A stretch of 64,000 nucleotides of DNA from Candidatus Uhrbacteria bacterium (GTDB lineage Bacteria > Patescibacteriota > Patescibacteriia > UBA9934). How positions within the stretch are numbered: the first letter of the stretch is position 1; each line of letters opens with the position of its first letter. Below are positions 8,037 to 16,488 of this stretch, piece by piece. The stretch is taken from NCBI GenBank assembly GCA_018664485.1, contig JABJOE010000009.1, forward strand, positions 76,635 through 140,634, given 5' to 3'. The notes under the pieces were generated by a model. That model saw nothing but the letters and a program-made list of their open reading frames with translations, ran no database searches and was not told the DNA's origin. The translations under genes and the position numbers were made by a program.

Positions 8037-9341
8037 CTATTTCTTCTTCGGCGTCTTCTTTGTGACTCGCTTTTTAACCGGCGTTTTTTTCTTCGTAACT
8101 ACTTTTTTCTTTACAGTTCGTTTTTTTACCACTCGCTTTTTAGGAGCAGATACCTCAGCTGGTTTAACTACATTGGTCTGCACACTCTCAGCGGCACGAT
8201 GAGCTTTACGCAATGCTACGCTCGACAGAATGAGCAGGATCAACAGAATTCCAATCAGCATCTGAATCATCGGGTTTGCAAGATGGAACAACGATATTGT
8301 AATCACCTGTGAATCAACTGTCGTCACTCCCTGTGCATCCGAAACGGTAAGCGACACAGTGTAGCGCCCTGCATTTAAAAACGTGTGTGAGATGGTTCTC
8401 TGAACAGAAGAAGTTCCGTCACCGAAATCCCATTTCAACGAATCGTATGATCCTTCAGGTGTAAGCGCTTCGAATTCATACGTCTTCCAATCACGGCGTA
8501 CATATACGAAAGAAGAATCTGGAGAAACATTCAAGACCGCACCCGAAGACCGCTCTAACAAAGTCGTATCAACTGATGTCGTCTCTTCAACTACTTCCAA
8601 CTCTTCAACAGCGTCCACAGATTCGTCGCTCACCTCAACCTCCTCCACTTCAACCACAACCTCCTCAGCAGCTTCTTCGACTGCTATTTCTTCAACTTCT
8701 TCAGCTACTTCTAACTCGCTTCGTGATGCATCCGTTGGATAAGCGTCACTTGCGTCAGGCACTCCATCACCATCTGAGTCTTTATCAAGTGGATCGGTAC
8801 CCAGCTCATCCTCGACATCATCATCAATACCATCGTTATCATCGTCATCGTCACAGACATCACCCTCACCGTCACCATCTGAATCAGTCTGATTTGCGTT
8901 TGAGACAGTTGGACAATTGTCGTCATCGTCATCCACACCATCGCCGTCCTGATCAAAGATCGGAGTATATAGTGGCGTAAGATATGAGTTGTTTGATGTA
9001 TCACTGTCTTCTGGAGTCGTGCTGTCAATCTGAATGAAAATATTGAAAGAATCAGATGGCACCGTGAAGTCAGCCCAGACCTCTTCATCATTTCCACCAG
9101 ACACAACCGTTACAACCTGGCTTCTGCCGAGTAAATCATCCGCGTGATAAAAAGCTACGTAGCCAGTCGTATCTTCATCTCCCGAATTTCTGATTGTTGC
9201 ATATACACGCACCTCATCGCCAACTGTAAACGTTTCTGTCGAAAAGCGAGTATGAGTTGATCGTAATTCAAGATCCGACGTGGCAAACGTGGCCATCGGG
9301 AACAAGAGTATTGCAAGACTTATAAAAAGTAATCGTTTCAT
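8037..9341 (-). CDS. cell-surface protein: signal peptide, acidic Asp-rich calcium-binding-like repeats, PKD-like domain, one TM helix, poly-Lys cytoplasmic tail
   Basis: Signal peptide at the N-terminus. DxDxDG-type runs (DSDGDGVPDASD) resemble thrombospondin type-3 repeats. WDFGDGTS...YTVSLTVSD resembles a PKD domain. TM helix, then a KKRVVKKRTVKKKVVTKKK tail. Confidence 0.6.
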   Translation of the reverse strand: MKRLLFISLAILLFPMATFATSDLELRSTHTRFSTETFTVGDEVRVYATIRNSGDEDTTGYVAFYHADDLLGRSQVVTVVSGGNDEEVWADFTVPSDSFNIFIQIDSTTPEDSDTSNNSYLTPLYTPIFDQDGDGVDDDDDNCPTVSNANQTDSDGDGEGDVCDDDDDNDGIDDDVEDELGTDPLDKDSDGDGVPDASDAYPTDASRSELEVAEEVEEIAVEEAAEEVVVEVEEVEVSDESVDAVEELEVVEETTSVDTTLLERSSGAVLNVSPDSSFVYVRRDWKTYEFEALTPEGSYDSLKWDFGDGTSSVQRTISHTFLNAGRYTVSLTVSDAQGVTTVDSQVITISLFHLANPMIQMLIGILLILLILSSVALRKAHRAAESVQTNVVKPAEVSAPKKRVVKKRTVKKKVVTKKKTPVKKRVTKKTPKKK

Positions 9342-9353
9342 AGCAAAATTATA

Positions 9354-9926
9354 TCATGATACGAGCCTGGCATGCGTTGGCCGTGTAATCCACAACTCTC
9401 TCGCGTGATCGGCATGTAAATCAACCTGAAGTTTAAAAGTAGGATGAACCCGTACCACAACGTTATCAATGCGTCGTGGACTATTCCCAATTATCTCAAT
9501 CGATACTTCGTCACCATTATTAATATGGAAAGATCTAGCATCTGACGGAGAGCATCGCAAATGCGGACGCATAACAATCACACCTTTTTTTAACTCAACC
9601 TCCCCTGCCGGGCCAACCAACCTACAAGAAGCAGCCTGAGACAAATCGCCAGACAATGCGTCTTTCGCATTAATACCTAAAAATGCAGACTCGGTAGATG
9701 TTATTTCAACAAAGCTGTGCTCCCACGACGGACCGAGCACTCGAAGTTTCATAGATCGCTTCAACTTTCCAAAAACTTCAACACTCTCCTCGTAGAAATG
9801 CTGTCCGCCTTGTGTAAGCGAACCCTCTATGGTCATTGCATAACCATGACCAAACAATGCCAGCTGGTCATCCTGGCTGAGGTATACATGTGACGGAATA
9901 ATATCTACTGGAATTGGGCGAGACAT
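9354..9926 (-). CDS. pduL: PduL-type phosphate acyltransferase (phosphotransacetylase/propanoyltransferase)
   Basis: Two-repeat architecture aligns block by block with Salmonella PduL (RPIPVDIIPSHVYLSQDDQLALFG; VIVMRPHLRCSPSDA; GDEVSIEI). Confidence 0.75.
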   Translation of the reverse strand: MSRPIPVDIIPSHVYLSQDDQLALFGHGYAMTIEGSLTQGGQHFYEESVEVFGKLKRSMKLRVLGPSWEHSFVEITSTESAFLGINAKDALSGDLSQAASCRLVGPAGEVELKKGVIVMRPHLRCSPSDARSFHINNGDEVSIEIIGNSPRRIDNVVVRVHPTFKLQVDLHADHARELWITRPTHARLVS

Positions 9927-9937
9927 ATGTAAGTAAG

Positions 9938-10846
9938 CTACCGCTTTTTATCGATCCAGAAAACAAATGCTACGAAAACCAATACTGAGATAGAGATAAT
10001 ACCCGTAACCGTTCCGACAGAATCAGAAAAAGGCAAACCATCTACATTCATTCCATAATAGCTCGCTATCAACGTCGGAGGCATGAAAATCACAGAAATA
10101 ACCGTGAGCCAACGAATAATCTGGTTAGTTCTATGCGAGAGAATTGCTTCATTCACATCGAATAAACTGTCGATGATATTCTTAAGATTTTCCGTTATCA
10201 CCCAAATACTATCCAGTGTATCTTTAACGTCATCGAAATAAACATCCAAATCTTTTGGAATGAACTTCTTTCGCGAGTTTAAAAACTGATGGATGATTAA
10301 ACGTTGCGGGTCAATCACATGCTGAAGATACAACAAGTTTCGCTTCATTAGACCAAGTTTTTCCGTTGTGCCACGGGACTGACTTCCGTACACTCCAGTT
10401 TCAATCTGACGAGTCTCACGAGTAAGCTCTCTTAGTATGATCTTTGAATCTCGGAAAACGTAATCAAGAAGTTTATACAAGAAATAACCTGTTGATTTTC
10501 CAAGAGCTTCACGTCTTAGTCCGGTACTCTTGCTGGCTCGTGCAAAAAATCGGTCCACTATATCAATCGGAGTACGTCCAACCGTAACCACGTAATCTGG
10601 TCCAATAAAAATTGCTAAATCTAGCTTATCTACCAGGTGATGTTCCGCACCATATTGTGGAATAGCTAGAACAGCAAACAAATAATATTTGTATACATCT
10701 AATTTTGGAAGCGCCGTATCGTCTCTCAAGTCGTCAAAATCCAAAGGATGGAATTTGAAATTCTTTTGTAGATAATCAAAATCGCTCTCAACGAGAGATG
10801 AAATATGATGCCAAGTAAACGATTTACCCTTTATTGTCTGTGCCAT
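9938..10846 (-). CDS. corA: magnesium/cobalt transporter CorA
   Basis: Two C-terminal TM helices with the YGMN signature. Typical CorA length of 302 aa. Confidence 0.85.
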   Translation of the reverse strand: MAQTIKGKSFTWHHISSLVESDFDYLQKNFKFHPLDFDDLRDDTALPKLDVYKYYLFAVLAIPQYGAEHHLVDKLDLAIFIGPDYVVTVGRTPIDIVDRFFARASKSTGLRREALGKSTGYFLYKLLDYVFRDSKIILRELTRETRQIETGVYGSQSRGTTEKLGLMKRNLLYLQHVIDPQRLIIHQFLNSRKKFIPKDLDVYFDDVKDTLDSIWVITENLKNIIDSLFDVNEAILSHRTNQIIRWLTVISVIFMPPTLIASYYGMNVDGLPFSDSVGTVTGIISISVLVFVAFVFWIDKKR

Positions 10847-10866
10847 ACCCCCTTGTATAGAATAAT

Positions 10867-11577
10867 CTATTTGTCTTTCAAAACTTTCTCTTCCCTTTTT
10901 ACAGCTGATTCAAGAGCTCCTCGATATTTTCTAAATCCCAACAGCATGAAAATAATAAATGTAGTCACGACGACTCCTGCAAGGTTTACTGCAAAAAGCA
11001 ATGCGGCGTCAGCCATAAGCTCCCAGTCCGTTCCACCAATTCCAATTCCGATAGTAACAAGCGGCGGCAACAAGGCGACAGAGATCGCAATACCCGTAAC
11101 AACCTCTTTGACGTTTTCGTAACAAATAGCGAATGCAGCAGCTACTCCTGCGGCAATAGCAATCGGTACCATGAATCCAAAGTTCGTCTGCTGAAGAATC
11201 TCGTGTGATGCCCCAAGTGGTACATAGAAGAAAGTAATGATCATGGCAGTACCAATAGCAATGATAATCGATGACACAATGCTAAATATAGAAAGTCTAA
11301 GCATTCGAGCGTCCAACAGTAAAACTCCCATACTCAGTCCTAATACAGGCCATAATAAAGGCGCTACCAACATAGCTCCGATCACAACCGCTGCACTATC
11401 GTTTAGAAGTCCCAACGCCGCGATAACACTTGAAATGAATATCAAAACAAGAAACGTCTTCCGTGGAGAGCTCTCAACTACCAACTTTTCAATAACATCC
11501 TTGTGATCAACTTGCTGAGCGTCGAATAATCTATTTTTCTTCCGTGGAATCAGAGCCATAATCAAATGTGTAGTCAA
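10867..11577 (-). CDS. DUF389-family integral membrane protein
   Basis: VIGAMLVAPLLWPVLGLSMGV resembles the conserved hydrophobic block of the DUF389/TIGR00341 family. Multi-TM protein. Confidence 0.5.
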   Translation of the reverse strand: MTTHLIMALIPRKKNRLFDAQQVDHKDVIEKLVVESSPRKTFLVLIFISSVIAALGLLNDSAAVVIGAMLVAPLLWPVLGLSMGVLLLDARMLRLSIFSIVSSIIIAIGTAMIITFFYVPLGASHEILQQTNFGFMVPIAIAAGVAAAFAICYENVKEVVTGIAISVALLPPLVTIGIGIGGTDWELMADAALLFAVNLAGVVVTTFIIFMLLGFRKYRGALESAVKREEKVLKDK

Positions 11578-12259
11578 AACTATTGTCTAAAATTGGTCCT
11601 CTGAAAATCAGATGCAATTCTGCTTTTATAAACTTCAATGCAATTGAGAACCGTCCGTCTTTATCGAACCTGCGAACCGATGTTGGAATCTTAACCGAAT
11701 TAAGAAAACCAAATTGTCCTTGTTTTGCTGCGCGACCGACATATTCATGGTCCTCACAAAATACAATTCGCTCATCAAAGCCACCGATCTTTGCGTGCAA
11801 TGCTCGACGGATTATAATGAAAAATCCTGGCGCATGTGCGCGGCGCGACCCCCAAGCACGAACGTATCTATTATACACCCAAAACGAAAACCGGTCATAC
11901 CGTCGTATACTCTTTGGGATAACATCTGCCGTCGCAACATCAAACGGCCTCGTTGCAAACTCATTCAATGCACGTGATAGAAAATTTTCGTCTGGCAAAA
12001 CAACGTCAGCATCTAAAAATAAAATGATATCTCCGGTCGCAACTTTAGCGCCTGCATTACGACCATATGACGGAAGTCCGCCGTCAACAACACGTGCTCC
12101 GAAAGACTCAGCTATCTTCTTTGTGTCATCAGTCGACTTGGCGTCGGCTACTATAACCTCAGCGTCTACAGTCTGCTTTTTGATGGAACTTAATAAATCC
12201 GAAAGGAGTTTCTCCTCATTTAATGCCGGGATAACGATGGATAAACTATGTGAGCGCAT
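11531..12259 (-). CDS. family 2 glycosyltransferase
   Basis: SIVIPALNEE...DDTKKIAESFGARV...LFLDADVVLPDENFL; GT-A fold DxD motif. Start trimmed to MRSHSLS. Confidence 0.7.
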   Translation of the reverse strand: MRSHSLSIVIPALNEEKLLSDLLSSIKKQTVDAEVIVADAKSTDDTKKIAESFGARVVDGGLPSYGRNAGAKVATGDIILFLDADVVLPDENFLSRALNEFATRPFDVATADVIPKSIRRYDRFSFWVYNRYVRAWGSRRAHAPGFFIIIRRALHAKIGGFDERIVFCEDHEYVGRAAKQGQFGFLNSVKIPTSVRRFDKDGRFSIALKFIKAELHLIFRGPILDNSFDYTFDYGSDSTEEK

Positions 12260-12677
12260 ACATCGCAACGCCTGAAGCAACTGACACATTTAACGACCGC
12301 TTCTTCCCCATTGGAATCTCTACAATTCCATCGAGCAACTCGAGAGTATCTTTATCAATTCCATCAACCTCACTCCCCAATACGAGCGCTATTTGTTTTT
12401 CTGTATCTACGTCTTTTATTGCGATTGCGTCAGCGCCAGTCTCGAGGCCATACACAATATAATCACGCCGGCGAACCCACTCTATTACTTGTGATATCTC
12501 ACCCTGCTCCCAATCAACTAAATCCTGGGCACCCAAGGCAACCTTGGCTATCTCTTTACGAGGAGGAGTTGCGGTAATTCCAGTCAAATAAAGTTTCTCA
12601 ACACCAAAAGCTGCCGCATTTCGGAAAATTGCACCTACATTGTGCAAGCTCCTTATATTGTGAGCGATTATAATCAT
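12246..12677 (-). CDS. SpoU/TrmH-family RNA 2'-O-methyltransferase (TrmL-like)
   Basis: 143 aa single-domain SPOUT methyltransferase; the NIRS..N.GAI.R and GLETG...LV.GSE motifs are present. Confidence 0.7.
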   Translation of the reverse strand: MIIIAHNIRSLHNVGAIFRNAAAFGVEKLYLTGITATPPRKEIAKVALGAQDLVDWEQGEISQVIEWVRRRDYIVYGLETGADAIAIKDVDTEKQIALVLGSEVDGIDKDTLELLDGIVEIPMGKKRSLNVSVASGVAMYALT

Positions 12678-12709
12678 TGCGAGCAGTATACAATAAATTT
12701 GATATTCCC

Positions 12710-12739
12710 TTGACTCTACGGACTTATAACGAGTTATAT
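12710..12739 (+). promoter_or_regulatory. putative promoter (TTGACT, 18 nt, TTATAT)
   Basis: Seen upstream of ORF 12797. Confidence 0.35.
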
Positions 12740-12796
12740 CTTGCTTTTTTGCTAATATTTGCTACGATCTTTGCGAACATCAGCCCGGATTATTGA

Positions 12797-13117
12797 ATGA
12801 GCCACGTGCTACCTGTTATTAGCAGTATTATTTTCACCGATCTTTTAGACTCGTTTCAGCCTGCTAGATTCACCGGCCAAGGCCCCGCCTACGACGTGAC
12901 ATCAGACACACCCCTTAAAAGTGGGCCAATCGGACTCTATCGTCCAAAGGAAAAGGGTGCTGCCCCCTACAGGGTCACGTTCCGACATGGACAAGGAGAC
13001 GATTTCATTGTCATCCAGGACCTATCCATGAACATCCGAGTCCCCAAAGGTCTCACAACCTTCGGCGCGCTTATCACCGCGTTGAACGAGACCATTAAAG
13101 CTGAAGAGACTAAATAG
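12797..13117 (+). CDS. hypothetical protein in a moderately GC-elevated patch
   Basis: ORF of 106 aa with no recognisable motifs. Local GC is visibly higher than the flanks. Confidence 0.4.
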   Translation: MSHVLPVISSIIFTDLLDSFQPARFTGQGPAYDVTSDTPLKSGPIGLYRPKEKGAAPYRVTFRHGQGDDFIVIQDLSMNIRVPKGLTTFGALITALNETIKAEETK

Positions 13118-13191
13118 TCAAGCGGCAGCAACAACTCTAGCCCTCTCCGCCGGCCCCTTGTGGTCGGCGCCCGTGCTTAAACAATATTTTT

Positions 13192-14370
13192 ATGGCTACA
13201 ACATCCAAATGTCCAAAACATGAAGTCTGCGGATCATGCAAATGGTCTCATATTCCATACAAAAAGCAGCTGAAGCAAAAGTTGTCAGATATCAACGGGT
13301 CTCTTGCTATCAAGAAGCTTGATTTAAAGTGTACGGAAATTCTTCCATCACCTGTCACAGACCATTACCGGAACCGAATGGATTTTGTGATCAACTTTGA
13401 AGGATTGGTTGGAATGCGAGAGAAAGGAAAATGGTGGCGCGTAATTGATAATCACACCTGCTTTTTATCAGACGAAAAAATCGAAAACTTATTTTCAAAA
13501 ATACACGCATGGTCCAAGTCTGCCGGCCTATCATATTTTGATCGTAAATCTCACGTTGGACTTCTACGCTACGCTGTAGTTCGCTCAACAAGTACCGGTG
13601 AGACTCTCATCAACATCATTACAAGCGATCCGTCGGTAAGTGAAGTTCCGGAAGATGATAAATCTACTCACAAGCCATGTGTCGAATCTGAGGAAGACAT
13701 TCGTGCGGTGCTTGAGAACCTGCAAGAATTAGCAGGGCCGACTACATTGATCTGGACTACAAACGCAACTATCTCTGACGTATCATTTGGAGAGAAAGAA
13801 ACTGTAATCACAGGGCCAGGTTATTTGACTGAGAACATTAACGGAGTTTCATACCGTATAAGTCCGCAGTCATTTTTCCAAACTAATCTATACGCGGCAC
13901 CCCTTCTGCAAGAAACCGTCGTTGGACTAATCGATGAGGATGCAAAAACTGTTTTGGACCTTTACTGTGGATCTGGATTCTTCAGCCTTCCGATTGCGCA
14001 GAAAGTAGATCATGTCACAGGTGTGGAGTTAAACGAGTTCGCCATTGCTGACGCCAAGATTAACGCTGAGCAAAATAAAATTACAAACGTTGAGTTCTTC
14101 TCTGCGAAAACTGAATCGCTAAAACTTACTGATTACAAGGCTGACACAATAGTTGTGGACCCTCCCCGCTCTGGAATGCACGACGATGCCCTTGCGTCCC
14201 TCATGGAGACCGGTGCCAAGCAAATCATATATATTTCATGTAGTTACAAAAATCTCGCGCGTGAACTCGTTACACTAACCGAGAAATACGAAGTGGCCGA
14301 CATGCTCGCAATCGACATGTTCCCCCACACGCCTCACGTAGAGGTAGTGTGTAATCTAAGGTTAAAGTAG
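13192..14370 (+). CDS. RNA (uracil-5-)-methyltransferase, RumA/RlmD/TrmA family
   Basis: N-terminal Cys cluster (CPKHEVCGSCKW). SAM-binding LDLYCGSGFF. Catalytic VDPPRSG near the C-terminus. Confidence 0.75.
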   Translation: MATTSKCPKHEVCGSCKWSHIPYKKQLKQKLSDINGSLAIKKLDLKCTEILPSPVTDHYRNRMDFVINFEGLVGMREKGKWWRVIDNHTCFLSDEKIENLFSKIHAWSKSAGLSYFDRKSHVGLLRYAVVRSTSTGETLINIITSDPSVSEVPEDDKSTHKPCVESEEDIRAVLENLQELAGPTTLIWTTNATISDVSFGEKETVITGPGYLTENINGVSYRISPQSFFQTNLYAAPLLQETVVGLIDEDAKTVLDLYCGSGFFSLPIAQKVDHVTGVELNEFAIADAKINAEQNKITNVEFFSAKTESLKLTDYKADTIVVDPPRSGMHDDALASLMETGAKQIIYISCSYKNLARELVTLTEKYEVADMLAIDMFPHTPHVEVVCNLRLK

Positions 14371-14381
14371 TGCAGCTCTTG

Positions 14382-14428
14382 AGGTTATAGGTTTCAAGTA
14401 TTAGGTTTTAGCGCCGATACCTAAAACT
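14382..14428. repeat. partial copy of the TAGGT-heptad palindromic (IVS-like) element
   Basis: GAGGTTATAGGTTTCAAGTATTAGGTTTTAG-cgccga-TACCTAAAAC. The left arm carries TAGGT heptads and the right arm is truncated. Confidence 0.3.
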
Positions 14429-14450
14429 CCGAGACTGATATAAACAGAAG

Positions 14451-14475
14451 AACCGTCCTTTCGGGCGGTTTTCTT
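14451..14475. terminator. bidirectional intrinsic terminator between convergent genes
   Basis: AACCGTCC-tttc-GGGCGGTT hairpin followed by TTTCTTATTCT. Confidence 0.6.
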
Positions 14476-14496
14476 ATTCTGAAAGTTCACCTTTTA

Positions 14497-14892
14497 CTAC
14501 CGCTCAAACAAAGACCATCGTGGTTTCATCAAGAAGTATAAAATCGCTGGCCCCACGAATCCAAGTAGTGAGCGAACGATATCGATTCCAATTACCAAAT
14601 TTATAACAAACGCTATAGCGGCTACAAAAACAATTGCATAAAACCCTGACACCTTGAAGCGTATCAACAATATTGCTGACACAATATTTACAACTCCCAA
14701 CAACCCAAGCATCACCAGCGCCCAAGACGGCGTAATCTCTGTAGCACCTTGAAGCGGACTTAACTGTGGTGAAATCACTGCTCCTAAATGCGCGATAGCT
14801 ACGATCACGTTTGAAATAAGCACAAGCCACAACCAAACCAATAACCACAATCCATGCTTCTTTACTCTTGCGCTCGGCTTTGAAGATTCCAT
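14497..14892 (-). CDS. hypothetical small integral membrane protein
   Basis: Four predicted hydrophobic helices; no family recognised. Confidence 0.5.
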   Translation of the reverse strand: MESSKPSARVKKHGLWLLVWLWLVLISNVIVAIAHLGAVISPQLSPLQGATEITPSWALVMLGLLGVVNIVSAILLIRFKVSGFYAIVFVAAIAFVINLVIGIDIVRSLLGFVGPAILYFLMKPRWSLFER

Positions 14893-14909
14893 AATAAAAA
14901 ACTGTAAAA

Positions 14910-15377
14910 TTAACTATTAGCTTTTAGTCGTTTAGCAACGTCCTCATCGAGCAGGCCTTTTTGTGAAGCACTATGCACCCACTGCGCGAATGTAGTTTTT
15001 GCAATCGGTAAAATATCCTGCAGGTCATCTAGTAAATCCTGATCTTTGCGAGATAAAATATCAGGGTGATCAATCAGTGACCGCCAATCAAGTCCCAGCA
15101 TTGCACGGGCCTCACGAACAAGTTCTGGCTTGCGTGTAAACTTCGCGAGAGCTCCCAGTACTTCTATTTCAAATCTGGCATCCGGGTAATGTTCAAACTC
15201 ATCTAATAACAACTGTCTCTCATGAGGATCCGACGGCAAGGAATTTAACACCGCGGCAATAGGCTCCCCGTCCAAAGACACAGCATCCTTGAAACGGATC
15301 TGGAAGTTCATGATCAAATTGTCGACTGGTGTAGTTCCCACAGTAACGTTTAAATATTTTATTGCGACGTTAATCAC
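14910..15377 (-). CDS. hypothetical protein
   Basis: ORF of 155 aa; the start may be the internal MNFQIRF. Confidence 0.45.
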   Translation of the reverse strand: MINVAIKYLNVTVGTTPVDNLIMNFQIRFKDAVSLDGEPIAAVLNSLPSDPHERQLLLDEFEHYPDARFEIEVLGALAKFTRKPELVREARAMLGLDWRSLIDHPDILSRKDQDLLDDLQDILPIAKTTFAQWVHSASQKGLLDEDVAKRLKANS

Positions 15378-15583
15378 ACTTACAACTTAAGTATAACTCA
15401 ATTCTCATAGTTACTGGGCTATACGTATGTGGATTAAATAAACCGTGTTGCGCTACATCTCACTATTACTGTCTATATAGTCATATCTTATATTCGGCTA
15501 ACACTCGGTAAATACCCTTGATTGAAACGCAAAAAGATGTTAGTCTTGGGCATAAGATAATATTTTCTTCCATCATTTTTATT

Positions 15584-16438
15584 ATGAAATCAGGATTTGC
15601 TGTCCTTATCGGGCGTTCAAACGTCGGTAAGTCGACTCTCATAAACAACCTAGTCGGTACAAAGGTAGCTATTACCACACCGAAACCGCAAACCACGCGA
15701 CGACCGTTGCAGGGTGTTTTGACACGTGATGATAGTCAGGTTGTTTTCGTTGACACGCCTGGGGTGATGCAGAAAAGCAAAGACCAGCTTACAAGCAAAC
15801 TTTTGCAGTTCATCAAAGATTCGCTCAAGGACATCGACATGATTCTGTATGTTGCCGACCCAACGCGCGAAATCGGTAATGAGGAAAAGCAAACGCTAAA
15901 GATGATCGAGCCGCTTACACAGCCTAAGCTCTTGATAATCAACAAGATCGATGATTCCCGATCTAAAATGTACATCGACGTTTACCGTGATTTGGGTGAA
16001 GAGCAGTTTGATAAAGTTATCGAAGTTTCAGCACTTAAAGGTTTGAACACAAATTATTTAAAAGATTGGATCTTTGAACAATTGCCTGAGGGTGAGTTCT
16101 ATTACCCTGAACACGCAGTTTCAAATATTACAAAAGAAGAACAGCTTGCAGAGATCGTTCGTGAAAAACTTTTCCTCCGATTACGTCAAGAAGTTCCCTA
16201 TTCAACACATGTTGAAGTGGATGAGATTAGCAATCGAAAAGATGGTACACTCTATATAAAGGCACGAGTGCTCACAACTGAGGAGCGCTATAAGGGAATG
16301 ATTATTGGCCTAGGTGGTCGTGGTATTAAAGAGATCGGTCAATCAACCCGAAAAGAACTCGAAGCCATGACTGATAAAAAAGTTTATATCGACCTGAGTG
16401 TTAAGGTAGATCCACGATGGATCGAACGACTGGTGTAA
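15584..16438 (+). CDS. era: GTPase Era
   Basis: Start trimmed to MKSGFAVLIGRSNVGKSTL (G1 box). G3 DTPG. C-terminal KH domain. Confidence 0.9.
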   Translation: MKSGFAVLIGRSNVGKSTLINNLVGTKVAITTPKPQTTRRPLQGVLTRDDSQVVFVDTPGVMQKSKDQLTSKLLQFIKDSLKDIDMILYVADPTREIGNEEKQTLKMIEPLTQPKLLIINKIDDSRSKMYIDVYRDLGEEQFDKVIEVSALKGLNTNYLKDWIFEQLPEGEFYYPEHAVSNITKEEQLAEIVREKLFLRLRQEVPYSTHVEVDEISNRKDGTLYIKARVLTTEERYKGMIIGLGGRGIKEIGQSTRKELEAMTDKKVYIDLSVKVDPRWIERLV

Positions 16439-16488
16439 GAACTCCTTCACCCTTCATTACCGATAAAAAGGTATTTTAATATCAATAT

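Noticed and set aside
8576-9106. Considered ORFs 8576..8980 (+) and 8711..9106 (-), which contain His/Arg/Pro or Met/Thr repeats.
   Set aside because: They are alternative-frame or antisense readings of the GAT/GAC/GAA codon repeats in the acidic surface protein gene.
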